NCBI GenBank assembly: GCA_035251235.1 | Contig: DATFEJ010000131.1 | Coordinates: 1-42,688 of the forward strand | From: Burkholderiales bacterium | GTDB lineage: Bacteria; Pseudomonadota; Gammaproteobacteria; Burkholderiales; SG8-39 | DNA: 42,688 nt | Direction of reading: 5' to 3' | Part shown: positions 25,756-35,113 of the stretch, one piece after another | How positions within the stretch are numbered: the first letter of the stretch is position 1 | Layout: each line of letters starts with the position of its first letter | Notes under the pieces: model-generated | Seen by the model: the letters and a program-made list of their open reading frames with translations, nothing else | What the model was told of the DNA's origin: nothing | The model's database searches: none | Translations under genes and position numbers: made by a program

Positions 25756-27711
25756 TTACTTCGCGTTCGAGGCGAGGTAGTGCAGCGGGCCGCCGCGGAA
25801 GGGCGCGAAGCCGGTGCCGAAGATGAGCCCGGCGTCGATCAGCTCGGCGTCCTGCACGATGCCCTCGGCGAGGACGGCCTGCGCCTCCTGGAGGTACGGA
25901 TCGATGAGCGCGTCGATCAGGCGCTGGTCCCAGGCGCCCGGCTGGTCCTTGACCGCCTTGCCGCTCTCATAGCGGTAGATGCCCTGGCCGGACTTCTTGC
26001 CCAATTGCCCGAGCGCGACTTTGTTGAGCAGCACTTGCGGGGCCTCGGGCTCGCCGTGCTTGCCCGGCTTCGCCAGTTCTTTTCCGGCCGCCAGGCAGAT
26101 GTCCAGTCCGACCGTGTCGGCGAGCTCGATCGGGCCCATCGGCATGCCGAAGGCTTCCATCGCCGCGTCGATCGTCTCGGGCTTCATGCCCTCGTCGAGC
26201 ATGCGGAACGCATTCTGCATGTAGGGCCCGAGCACGCGATTGACGAGGAAGCCGGGCGAGTCCTGGACGGGCAGCGGCAGCTTGTCGATCTGACGCACGA
26301 AGGCGATCGCCTTCTTCGTCATGTCCTCGCGCGTGCCTGCGCCCGAGACGACTTCCACCAGCTGCAGCTGCGGCACCGGGTTGAAGAAGTGGATGCCGAC
26401 CAGGCGCGAGGGATCCTTGAAGCCCGCGGCGACGTCCGCGAGCTTCAGGCTCGAGGTGTTGGTGGCGAGCACCGCGTCCGGCCGCGCGATCGCTTCCACC
26501 TTCGCGAACAGCGCGCGCTTGGCCTGCAGGTTCTCGTAGATCGCCTCGATCACCACGTCGGCGCGCGCGGCGCCCGTGCCGGCGACATCCGGAATCAAGC
26601 GGTCCATGGCATCGCGCTCCCGGCGCTTGTCGCGCAGCCGCTTGGCGAAGAGCTCGGCGGCGCGCTTCACCGCCGGTGCGATACGCTCGGGCGACGTATC
26701 CTGCAGCGTCACCGTGATGCCGCGCATCGCGCACACGGCGGCGATGTCGCCGCCCATGACGCCCGCGCCGATCACATGCACGTGGCGCGCCTTGAAGTCG
26801 GTGCCCTTGGCGAGGCCCTTCATGCGCTCCTGCAGGAAGAAGATGCGGATCAGGTTGCGTGTCGTAGGGTGGCTGGAGAGCGCCTCGATCGAGCACAGCG
26901 GGTCCGCCGGGTTGGCGAACGGATCGCCGTCGTACTTCACCCAGGCGTGCAGGATCGCGTAGGGCGCGGGATAGTGCTCGCGGCGCGCGCGCTTCGCCAC
27001 CTGCTTCCTCGCCTGCGCGGCGACGAAGCTGCGCCCGATACCGAGCATCAGGCGGTCGGCGAGGCCGAGCTTGCGCGGCGGCTTCGCTTCCAGGGTCACC
27101 ATGCGCGCCGTGTTCTCCAGGATGCGCAGCGGCACGGCCTCGGTGGCGAGGCCCATCTTCTTCGCGCGGCGCGCGTCGATCGCGCGCCCGGTGAGGATCA
27201 TGTCGAGCGCCGCCGCAGGGCCCACGAGCTTCGGCAGCCACTGCAGGCCGTGCCAGAAGGGCCAGATGCCGAGCATCACTTCGGGGAAGGCAAAGCGCGT
27301 CTTCGGATCGTCGAGCGCTACGCGATAGGTGCAGGCGAGCGACATTTCCAGCCCGCCGCCCATGCAGAAGCCGTTCACCATCGCGGTGGTCGGGAAGGGC
27401 AGGTCGCGCAGCTTCTGCATCGTGTCCCAGCCCAGGCGCGTGAACTCGACCGCCTCCGCCGGCGTCTTGAAGCTCACGAACGTGTTGATGTCCGCGCCGG
27501 CGATGAAGTTCTCCTTCGCCGAGCGGATGACGAGGCCCCTGGGCTTGGCGCCGGCGATGGCGTCGAGCGCCGCGCCGAGCTCTTCCAGCGCCTCGCGCGA
27601 GAAAGTGTTGGTCGACTCGCCCTGCTTGTCGAACGTCAGCCAGGCGAGGCCGTCGCGTTCCTTCTCCCAGCGCCAGTGCTTGAGCATGGCTGCAGTCTGC
27701 GCGCGTTCCAT
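25756..27711 (-). CDS. fadB: Fatty-acid oxidation alpha subunit (enoyl-CoA hydratase + 3-hydroxyacyl-CoA dehydrogenase)
   Basis: It has an N-terminal crotonase (FIAGADI...NGFCMGGGLEM), a Rossmann VIGAGVMGGDIA and the HFFNPV motif. The start MERAQ... lies 2 nt after the thiolase stop. Confidence 0.9.
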   Translation of the reverse strand: MERAQTAAMLKHWRWEKERDGLAWLTFDKQGESTNTFSREALEELGAALDAIAGAKPRGLVIRSAKENFIAGADINTFVSFKTPAEAVEFTRLGWDTMQKLRDLPFPTTAMVNGFCMGGGLEMSLACTYRVALDDPKTRFAFPEVMLGIWPFWHGLQWLPKLVGPAAALDMILTGRAIDARRAKKMGLATEAVPLRILENTARMVTLEAKPPRKLGLADRLMLGIGRSFVAAQARKQVAKRARREHYPAPYAILHAWVKYDGDPFANPADPLCSIEALSSHPTTRNLIRIFFLQERMKGLAKGTDFKARHVHVIGAGVMGGDIAAVCAMRGITVTLQDTSPERIAPAVKRAAELFAKRLRDKRRERDAMDRLIPDVAGTGAARADVVIEAIYENLQAKRALFAKVEAIARPDAVLATNTSSLKLADVAAGFKDPSRLVGIHFFNPVPQLQLVEVVSGAGTREDMTKKAIAFVRQIDKLPLPVQDSPGFLVNRVLGPYMQNAFRMLDEGMKPETIDAAMEAFGMPMGPIELADTVGLDICLAAGKELAKPGKHGEPEAPQVLLNKVALGQLGKKSGQGIYRYESGKAVKDQPGAWDQRLIDALIDPYLQEAQAVLAEGIVQDAELIDAGLIFGTGFAPFRGGPLHYLASNAK

Positions 27712-27713
27712 GG

Positions 27714-29012
27714 TCAGGCTGCCTCCAGCAACATCGCGCCGCCCAGGCCGCCGCCGATGCAGATCGAAGCCATGCCGCGCTTCGCGTTCTTGCGCTTGAG
27801 GAGCTTGAGCATGTGCAGCACGATCCTTGCGCCCGAGGCGCCCACCGGATGGCCGAGCGCCACCGCGCCGCCGTCCACGTTGAGCTTCTCCTCGTCGAGC
27901 TCGCCCATGGCGCGCTCGAGGCCCAGCTGCTCCCTGCAATACTTGTCGTCCTTCCACGCCGCCAGGCAGCCCAGTACCTGGGCGGCGAAGGCCTCGTTGA
28001 TCTCCCAGTAGTCGAGATCGGCGAGTCCCAGGCCGTGGCGCTGCAGGATCGGCGTGGCCGCGTGCACGGGGCCGAGGCCCATCTGCGCCGGATCGAGTCC
28101 CGCCCACTGCGAATCGACGATGCGCCCGATCGGCGCGAGGCCGTGCTTGCGCACCGCTTCCTCGGAAGCAAGGATCAGCCAGGCCGCGCCGTCGGTGATC
28201 TGCGAGCTGTTGCCCGGTGTGACGTTGCCGTACTTGCGGTCGAAGAAGGGCTTCAATTTCGCCAGCCCCTCCATCGAGGCGTCGCGCCGCACGCCGTCGT
28301 CCAGCGGGTAGGCGTTGCCCTTGGCGTCATAGAGCGCCTCGACTTCGCCGCCGCCCGACTTGAGCGGACCCTCGTCCTGCGCGCGTGCCACGCGCTGGTG
28401 GCTGCGCACCGAGTAGGCGTCCATCTGCTCGCGCGTGATGCCGAAGCGGTGCGCCAGGTTCTCCGCGGTCTGGCCCATCAGCAAGCCCACCATCGGGTCG
28501 GTGAGGCCCTTCATGATGCCGATCACGGGCGCGAGCAGCGCCTTGAACGGCATGCGCGCGAAGAGCGCCATGCGCTGCCCGGTCGACCTGGCTGCCGCCA
28601 TGTCCGAGAACCAGCTCACCATCTGGTCGTTGTAGAGCAGCGGCGCGCGCGAGAGCGCGTCCACGCCGCCGGCGAGCACCAGCTGCGAGCGCCCGGCGAG
28701 GATGTTGTTGACGCCCGAGTCGAGCGCCTGCATGCCGCTCGCGCAGTTGCGCATCACCGTCCAGCCCGGCACCTTCTCGCCGCAACCCATGCGCAGCGCG
28801 GCGACGCGGCCGATGTTCACCTCGTCCACCGAGGGCGCGGCGCAGCCGAGGATCACCTCGTCGAGGTCCTGGGGCGCGAACTTCTGCCGCACGAGCAGCG
28901 CGCGCCCCGCCTGCACGGCCAGGTCGCCCGCCGCGAACGGCCCGGGACGGTTCTTGGATTTCAGGAACGGCGTGCGCGCGCCGTCGACGACGTACACGGG
29001 TCGGTGGCTCAT
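27714..29012 (-). CDS. fadA: Acetyl-CoA C-acyltransferase (3-ketoacyl-CoA thiolase)
   Basis: It has NCASGMQA (active Cys), NVDGGAVALGHPVGASG and ASICIGGG. Confidence 0.92.
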   Translation of the reverse strand: MSHRPVYVVDGARTPFLKSKNRPGPFAAGDLAVQAGRALLVRQKFAPQDLDEVILGCAAPSVDEVNIGRVAALRMGCGEKVPGWTVMRNCASGMQALDSGVNNILAGRSQLVLAGGVDALSRAPLLYNDQMVSWFSDMAAARSTGQRMALFARMPFKALLAPVIGIMKGLTDPMVGLLMGQTAENLAHRFGITREQMDAYSVRSHQRVARAQDEGPLKSGGGEVEALYDAKGNAYPLDDGVRRDASMEGLAKLKPFFDRKYGNVTPGNSSQITDGAAWLILASEEAVRKHGLAPIGRIVDSQWAGLDPAQMGLGPVHAATPILQRHGLGLADLDYWEINEAFAAQVLGCLAAWKDDKYCREQLGLERAMGELDEEKLNVDGGAVALGHPVGASGARIVLHMLKLLKRKNAKRGMASICIGGGLGGAMLLEAA

Positions 29013-29013
29013 G

Positions 29014-31494
29014 TCAGGCTGCCTTGGCTTGTGCGGGCTTCTCGCTGCCGAGCTTGTGCAGGACTTCGGCGCGGCCGTAGTCCTGCGGGAAGTCGTCCAC
29101 CATGATGACGCGCTTGCGCAGCGCTTCCTTGCGCTGCCACTGCGCGTGCTCTTCCGCGGTGATGATGCCCTGCTCGCGCGCCGCCTGCGCGGTATCCACG
29201 CCGGCGCGGGTCTGCAGCGCGCCGCTCTTCACGGCCTCGCGGAACTTCTTCTCGATCGGCTCGCAGGCGACGCTGGCGAGAAACGCCGACTCGAGCACGC
29301 CGGTGGCGTCCGCTTCGCCCCTGGGCAGGTAGACGCCCGCGGTCAGGCGGTCGCGCGCCGCGCCCGGCTCGAGCACCAGCCTCGCGCACTCGTGGTTGCG
29401 CGAATCGAGCGGCGGCCGGAACGGCATGCCGAGCGGGAAGATCGTCCAGCGCAGCAGCGTGGCGAGCGCCTTCACCGGGAAATTGGACAGCACCTGGTCG
29501 ATCGCCTGCTGCGCGCGGTACAGCGCGTTGCGCACCGACCAGCGCACGAGCGGCAGATCGGCTTTGAGGCGGCCCTGGTCCTCGTAGCGCTTGAGCGTCG
29601 CGGAGGCGAGGTACATCATCGACAGCACGTCGCCCAGGCGCCCGGAGATCTTTTCCTTCCTCTTCAGCGCGCCGCCCATCGCCAGCATCGACACGTCGGC
29701 GAGGAAGGCGAACGCCGCGGACAGGCGCGTGATGTGGCGATAGTAGTGGCGCGTGTCCGGCGCGGTGGCGAGCGGCGCCGCGGCGAACATCGAGCGCGTC
29801 AATCCATGCACGAAGGCGCGCACGCCGTTGGACAGGGTGTGGCCGACGTGCGCCGTGAAGGCGTCGTCGAACTCGCGCGAGGCCTCCTCGCCCCGCAACT
29901 CCTTGGCGGCGCGCATTTCGCGCAGCACGTACGGATGGCAGCGGATGGCGCCCTGGCCGAAGATGATGAGCGTGCGCGTGAGGATATTGGCGCCCTCTAC
30001 CGTGATGCCGACCGGCAGCACCTGGTAGCCGCGGCCCACCCAGTTGTTCGGACCGAGGCAGATGCCCTTGCCGCCGTGGATGTCCATGGCGTCGTTCACG
30101 CAGGCGCGCGCGCCTTCGGTCATGTGGTACTTGGCGATCGCCGAGATCACCGAGGGCTTCTCGCCCTGGTCCACGGCGCCGGCGGTCATGACGCGCGTCG
30201 CTTCCATCATGTAGGCGTTGGCGGCGATGCGGCCGAGGGCCTCCTCGACGCCCTCGAGCTTGCCGATCGGCGTGCGGAACTGGCTGCGCACGCGCGCGTA
30301 GGCGCCCGTCACGCGCGCCAGCGCCTTCGCGCCACCCGCCGAGGAGGCGGGCAGCGAGATCGAGCGGCCCGCGGCGAGGCAGTTCATGAGCATCATCCAG
30401 CCCTTGCCCGCGTATTCGCGCCCGCCGATGATCCAATCGATCGGCGCGAACACGTCCTTGCCCCAGTTGGGGCCGTTCTGGAACGCGCCATTCAGCGGCA
30501 GGTGGCGCCGGCCGATGTTGACGCCCGGCGTCGCGGTCGGAATGAGCGCGCAGGTGATGCCCAGGTCTTCCTTGCCGCCCAGCAGCTGCTCGGGGTCGTA
30601 CAGCCGGAACGCCAGGCCAAGCAGCGTCGCCACGGGTCCGAGCGTGATGTAGCGCTTGTCCCACGTGAGCCGCATGCCGAGCACTTCCTTGCCCTGCCAG
30701 GTGCCCTTGCACACGACGCCGAAGTCCGGGATGGAGGCGGCGTCCGAGCCTGCCTCCGGGCTGGTGAGCGCGAAGCAGGGAATCTCCAGGCCTCTCGCCA
30801 GGCGCGGCAGGTAGTGGTTCTTCTGCTCTTCGGTGCCGTAATGCAGCAGCAGCTCGGCGGGTCCGAGGGAGTTCGGCACCATGACGGTGACGGCGAGCGC
30901 GTTGCAGCGCGACGACAGCTTGGTGACCACCTCGGAGTGGGCGAGCGCGGAGAAGCCCAGGCCGCCGTACTTCTTCGGAATGATCATGCCGAAGAAGCCC
31001 TTGTCCTTGAGGAACTGCCAGAGATGCGGCGGCAGGTCGAAGCGCTCGTGCGTCACCTCCCAGTCGTCGGCCATGGCGCAGGCCTCTTCCACCGGTCCGT
31101 CGACGAACGCCTGCTCCTCGGCGCTCAGGCGCGGCGCGGGCGTGCCGAGCAGGCGCTCCCAGTCGGGCCGCCCGGAAAACAGATCCGCGTCCCACCACAC
31201 GGTGCCCGCGTCGATGGCCTCCTTCTCGGTCGACGACATGTCGGGCAGCATGCGGCGGTAGGCGGCGAGCACCGGATCGCTCAACAGCCGCCGGCGCAGC
31301 GCCGGCAGGTTGAGGACCAGCGCCACGGCGAGGAACGCGGCGGCGAGGGCGGCGTTCGTGGCCGCGCCCAGGCCGAGAATCACCGCCCAGGTGCCGCCCA
31401 TGACCCCGGTGGCGGCGGTCCAGACGAAAATCGGCGCGCGAAAGAACGCGAGGCCGGCCAGTACGGCGACAGTAGCGATGGCGAAGGTCGTCAC
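29014..31494 (-). CDS. fadE: Acyl-CoA dehydrogenase, large membrane-associated FadE type
   Basis: It is 826 aa with two N-terminal TM helices, then ...FFGMIIPKKYGGLGFS...ALTSPEAGSDA...GANILTR..IIFGQGAIRCHPY..., the E. coli FadE-type layout with a C-terminal DUF1974-like extension. Confidence 0.92.
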   Translation of the reverse strand: MTTFAIATVAVLAGLAFFRAPIFVWTAATGVMGGTWAVILGLGAATNAALAAAFLAVALVLNLPALRRRLLSDPVLAAYRRMLPDMSSTEKEAIDAGTVWWDADLFSGRPDWERLLGTPAPRLSAEEQAFVDGPVEEACAMADDWEVTHERFDLPPHLWQFLKDKGFFGMIIPKKYGGLGFSALAHSEVVTKLSSRCNALAVTVMVPNSLGPAELLLHYGTEEQKNHYLPRLARGLEIPCFALTSPEAGSDAASIPDFGVVCKGTWQGKEVLGMRLTWDKRYITLGPVATLLGLAFRLYDPEQLLGGKEDLGITCALIPTATPGVNIGRRHLPLNGAFQNGPNWGKDVFAPIDWIIGGREYAGKGWMMLMNCLAAGRSISLPASSAGGAKALARVTGAYARVRSQFRTPIGKLEGVEEALGRIAANAYMMEATRVMTAGAVDQGEKPSVISAIAKYHMTEGARACVNDAMDIHGGKGICLGPNNWVGRGYQVLPVGITVEGANILTRTLIIFGQGAIRCHPYVLREMRAAKELRGEEASREFDDAFTAHVGHTLSNGVRAFVHGLTRSMFAAAPLATAPDTRHYYRHITRLSAAFAFLADVSMLAMGGALKRKEKISGRLGDVLSMMYLASATLKRYEDQGRLKADLPLVRWSVRNALYRAQQAIDQVLSNFPVKALATLLRWTIFPLGMPFRPPLDSRNHECARLVLEPGAARDRLTAGVYLPRGEADATGVLESAFLASVACEPIEKKFREAVKSGALQTRAGVDTAQAAREQGIITAEEHAQWQRKEALRKRVIMVDDFPQDYGRAEVLHKLGSEKPAQAKAA

Positions 31495-31515
31495 GGAAGC
31501 TCTCCTTGGCTTGCG

Positions 31516-32199
31516 CTAGGCGGCGATGCGGACCTGGTGCGCGCCCGGAAGCGGGGCGAGCAGGCCTGCGCTCATGAACGCGACCAGCCGGTCTTCCAGC
31601 ACGCGCGCGTCGTAGCGGTCCTCGGGCTTCGCGCCGGCGATCAGTTGCACGGTGTCGGTGGCGGCGAGCGTGTAGGCGAGGGTGCCGAACATGAAGTGCA
31701 TGCGCCACACCAGTTCGTCCCTGGGCAGCTCGGGCAGCGCGCGCACGAACGCCGCCTTGAAGCGCTCCATGACCGGCGCGTACATGCGCCCGATCAGCTG
31801 GCGGATCGTCTTCGCCGGCTCGGTATAGGCGCGGCCGAGAAGTCGCGTGAAGTTGCGCCCGCCGCTGCGCGTGTCTTCCACCATGCGCAGGCTGGCGCCG
31901 AGAAAGGCGCGGATGATCGCCTCGGGCGCGAGCGCTTTGCCGCCGGCCTCGGCCTCCAGCCGGTCGAGCTCCGCGGCGCGCTCGGCGTTCATCGGGTCGA
32001 GTCGCCGGCGGAACACCGCCTCGATGAGCGCATCCTTCGAGCCGAAGTGATAGTTCACGGCCGCGAGGTTCACGCCGGCGCGCGCGGTCAGCATGCGCAT
32101 GGACGCGCCCTCGAAGCCGTGCTGCATGAACATCTCCTCGGCGGCGTCGAGGATCCGGGTCTGGGTCTCTTTGAGGGGCTTCAGGGCGCGAAGACTCAT
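31516..32199 (-). CDS. TetR family transcriptional regulator (PsrA/FadR-like)
   Basis: This is the C-terminal 227 aa of an artefactual 834-aa ORF. It has the HTH TRILDAAEEMFMQHGFEGASMRMLTARAGVNLAAVNYHFGSKDAL. It is the first gene of the fad operon. Confidence 0.9.
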   Translation of the reverse strand: MSLRALKPLKETQTRILDAAEEMFMQHGFEGASMRMLTARAGVNLAAVNYHFGSKDALIEAVFRRRLDPMNAERAAELDRLEAEAGGKALAPEAIIRAFLGASLRMVEDTRSGGRNFTRLLGRAYTEPAKTIRQLIGRMYAPVMERFKAAFVRALPELPRDELVWRMHFMFGTLAYTLAATDTVQLIAGAKPEDRYDARVLEDRLVAFMSAGLLAPLPGAHQVRIAA

Positions 32200-32211
32200 G
32201 GTGGCAGCCTT

Positions 32212-32231
32212 ATTCAAACGAACGTTTGAAT
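32212..32231. promoter_or_regulatory. Perfect 9-2-9 palindrome ATTCAAACG-AA-CGTTTGAAT; fits the PsrA-type CAAAC-N4-GTTTG operator
   Basis: The palindrome is read directly from the sequence. It lies 13 nt upstream of the TetR start, in the 102-nt region shared with the divergent ABC exporter gene. Confidence 0.6.
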
Positions 32232-32301
32232 GATAGTCAGGCAGTTCCTTGTGCGTCAAGGGGTTCGGCGGATGCGGCTGCATTAGAATCCGCGCCTTCC
32301 C

Positions 32302-34122
32302 ATGGCCGCGCACCCCCTCGGTTCTGCGCCCCCGCCGGCTGCCGGCGGGGGCGACTGGCGCGTGCTGCGCATGCTGCTGCCCTACCTGTGGGAATACCGC
32401 GGGCGCGTGGTCGTGGCGCTGGTGTTCCTCGTCTCGGCCAAGCTCGCCAACGTGGCCGTGCCGCTGGTGCTGAAGGAGGTGGTCGACGGGCTCGACCCCA
32501 CCCTCGCCGTGCTGGCGGTGCCCGCCGCGCTGCTCGCCGCCTACGGGCTGCTGCGCTTCTCGACGACGCTGTTTGCCGAGCTGCGCGACGTCGTGTTCGT
32601 GCGCGTGGCGCAGCGCGCGATCCGCCGCGTCGCGCTGGGCGTGTTCCGCCACCTGCACAGCCTGTCGCTGCGTTTTCACCTCGAGCGCCAGACCGGCGGC
32701 ATGACGCGCGACATCGAGCGCGGCACGCGCGGCATCTCGACGCTGCTCTCCTACCTCATCTTCTCGATCCTGCCGGTGATCCTCGAGTTCGCGCTGGTCG
32801 CCGCGGTGCTGCTGGCGAAGTTCGACTGGCGCTTCGCCGCCATCACCTTCGGCGCCGTCGCCGTCTACCTTGCCTACACGTTTCTCGTGTCGGAGTGGCG
32901 CATCGCCATCCGCAAGCGCGCCAACGAGCTCGACTCCAGGGCCAATACGCGCGCCATCGACAGCCTGCTCAATTACGAGACGGTGAAGTACTTCGGCAAC
33001 GAGGAGTTCGAGGCCGGCCGCTACGACGAGAGCCTGCTGCGCTACGAGAACGCCGCCACCACCAGCGAGGCCTCGCTCGGGCTGCTCAACATCGGGCAGA
33101 GCCTGATCATCGCCGTCGCGGTCACGGCCCTCATGTTCCTCGCCGCCGAAGGGGTGGCGCTGCGCAACCTGTCGCTGGGCGACCTCGTGCTGGTGAACGC
33201 GCTTCTGATCCAGCTGTACATCCCGCTCAATTTCCTCGGTATGGTGTACCGGGAGATCAAGCAGTCCATGGCCGACATGCAGCGCATGTTCCGCCTGCTC
33301 GGCGAGCACCTCGAGGTGCGCGACAAGCCGGACGCGGTGCCGCTGGCCGCCGGTCCGGCCGCGGTCGAGTTCCGCGACGTCGACTTTTCCTACGAGCCCG
33401 CGCGCCAGATCCTGCACGGCGTGAGCTTCGAGATCCCGGTCGGCCACCGCGTGGCGGTGGTCGGGCACTCCGGGTCGGGGAAATCGACGCTCGCGCGCCT
33501 GCTGTACCGCTTCTACGACGTCGGCGGCGGCTCGATCCGCGTGAACGGCGTCGACATCCGCGACCTGACGCAGAAGAGCCTGCGCGCGGCCATCGGCATC
33601 GTGCCGCAGGACACGGTGCTGTTCAACGACACGATCCTGTACAACGTCCGTTACGGCCGGCCCGGGGCGAGCGAGGCCGAGGTGATCGCGGCGGCGCGCG
33701 CGGCGCACATCCACGATTTCATCGAAAGCCTGCCGCAGAAGTACCAGAGCACGGTCGGCGAGCGCGGGCTGAAGCTCTCCGGCGGCGAGAAGCAGCGCGT
33801 GGCGATCGCGCGCGCCATCCTCAAGAATCCGGCCATCCTCATTTTCGACGAGGCGACCTCGGCGCTCGACTCCACGGCCGAGCGCGCCATCCAGGCCGAG
33901 TTGGAGCGCATCGCCCGCGGGCGCACGGCGCTGGTCATCGCGCACCGCCTGTCCACGGTCATGGACGCGGACCAGATCCTGGTGCTGGACCATGGCCGCA
34001 TCGTGGAGCGCGGCAAGCACGGCGAACTGCTGGCAGCCAACGGCGAGTACGCCCGCATGTGGGCGCTGCAGCGCGAGGCAGCGCAGGCCGAGGCGGTGCT
34101 GCAGCGCACCAAGGCAGCGTAA
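32302..34122 (+). CDS. ABC transporter, fused permease/ATPase, Atm1/HMT1-type exporter
   Basis: A six-TM domain (LNYETVKYFGNEE is typical of the Atm1 clade) is followed by Walker A GHSGSGKST, the signature LSGGEKQR and Walker B ILIFDEATSALD. Confidence 0.9.
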   Translation: MAAHPLGSAPPPAAGGGDWRVLRMLLPYLWEYRGRVVVALVFLVSAKLANVAVPLVLKEVVDGLDPTLAVLAVPAALLAAYGLLRFSTTLFAELRDVVFVRVAQRAIRRVALGVFRHLHSLSLRFHLERQTGGMTRDIERGTRGISTLLSYLIFSILPVILEFALVAAVLLAKFDWRFAAITFGAVAVYLAYTFLVSEWRIAIRKRANELDSRANTRAIDSLLNYETVKYFGNEEFEAGRYDESLLRYENAATTSEASLGLLNIGQSLIIAVAVTALMFLAAEGVALRNLSLGDLVLVNALLIQLYIPLNFLGMVYREIKQSMADMQRMFRLLGEHLEVRDKPDAVPLAAGPAAVEFRDVDFSYEPARQILHGVSFEIPVGHRVAVVGHSGSGKSTLARLLYRFYDVGGGSIRVNGVDIRDLTQKSLRAAIGIVPQDTVLFNDTILYNVRYGRPGASEAEVIAAARAAHIHDFIESLPQKYQSTVGERGLKLSGGEKQRVAIARAILKNPAILIFDEATSALDSTAERAIQAELERIARGRTALVIAHRLSTVMDADQILVLDHGRIVERGKHGELLAANGEYARMWALQREAAQAEAVLQRTKAA

Positions 34123-34246
34123 GCCTGGCCGCGGACGGCGAATAGTTCATCTTTTTTCTAGAACTCTTGGTGTACCGCCTTATTTTTACTTGCGTTTCCC
34201 GTTTACCCTGCTTACACTCCGCCGCTCCAGTAGGGGAAACAGCGTA

Positions 34247-35113
34247 ATGCGCTCAGGGGAACGCAGGCTCCACTCGCTCGAGAAGATCGTCGCCATCGGC
34301 GCGCTGGCGGCGGTGCTGTTCGTCAGCATCGGCTTCGCGCGCGCGGGCGACGGACCGAAGTTGCGTTCCGCGGTCGCGCTCGTGCAGGACGCCGAGAGCG
34401 GCGAGACCCTGTACGAGAAGAACAGCGACACGATCCTGCCGATCGCCTCCATCACCAAGCTGATGACGGCGGTCGTGGTGCTGGAGCGCGGGCTGGATCT
34501 GGAGCAACGCGTCGCGGTCAGCGCCGAGGACCTCAAGGCCACGCGCAGCTCGCGCGTGCGCGGGCGGCTGCGCCCGGGCTCCATGCTGACGCGCGACGAG
34601 CTGCTGTTGCTCGCGCTCATGGCTTCGGAGAACCGCGCGGCGGCCGCGCTGGCACGCACCTATCCCGGCGGCACCGAGGCTTTCGTCGCGGCGATGAACG
34701 ACGAAGCCGCGCGCCTCGGCCTGCACGACACGCGCTTCGCCGACCCGACGGGCCTCTCGCCGGACAACGTGTCCAGCGCGCAGGACCTCGCCCGGCTGGT
34801 GAAGGCCGCGCACGGCTATCCGCTGATCCGCGATTATTCCACGCGCTCGAGCGCGCAGGTGCGCGCGCGCGACGGCACCGTCGGCTTTCGCAACACCAAC
34901 AGCCTCGTGCGCTCCGATCGGTGGGACATCGAGCTGTCCAAGACCGGCTACATCAGCGCCGCGGGCCGCTGCCTCGTGATGCACATGCGGGTGGCGTCGC
35001 GCGACCTGGTGGTCGTGCTGCTCGACTCGTGGGGCAAGTACACGCGCATCGCAGACGCCCGGCGCATCCGCCAGTGGCTCGAGTCCAGCGCCGCGCGCGA
35101 GCCGAACGGCTAG
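34247..35113 (+). CDS. pbpG: D-alanyl-D-alanine endopeptidase/carboxypeptidase (peptidase S11, PbpG-like)
   Basis: It has a signal/TM segment, SITKLMT (SxxK), SEN and KTG motifs. Confidence 0.85.
   Translation: MRSGERRLHSLEKIVAIGALAAVLFVSIGFARAGDGPKLRSAVALVQDAESGETLYEKNSDTILPIASITKLMTAVVVLERGLDLEQRVAVSAEDLKATRSSRVRGRLRPGSMLTRDELLLLALMASENRAAAALARTYPGGTEAFVAAMNDEAARLGLHDTRFADPTGLSPDNVSSAQDLARLVKAAHGYPLIRDYSTRSSAQVRARDGTVGFRNTNSLVRSDRWDIELSKTGYISAAGRCLVMHMRVASRDLVVVLLDSWGKYTRIADARRIRQWLESSAAREPNG

Noticed and set aside
28702-32229. 1175-aa plus-strand ORF
   Set aside because: It is antisense to the thiolase, fadE and TetR genes. It has biased R/A/G/E composition and no motifs.
32247-32293. 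Additional short inverted repeats (CCTTG-5-CAAGG; GCGGAT-14-ATCCGC) upstream of the ABC exporter
   Set aside because: Arms of 5-6 bp in GC-rich DNA are expected by chance. Only the perfect 9-bp palindrome at 32212-32231 is reported as a feature.
31516-34020. 834-aa minus-strand ORF
   Set aside because: Only the C-terminal 227 aa form a genuine protein (TetR regulator, with its own ATG at 32199). The rest is antisense to the ABC exporter.
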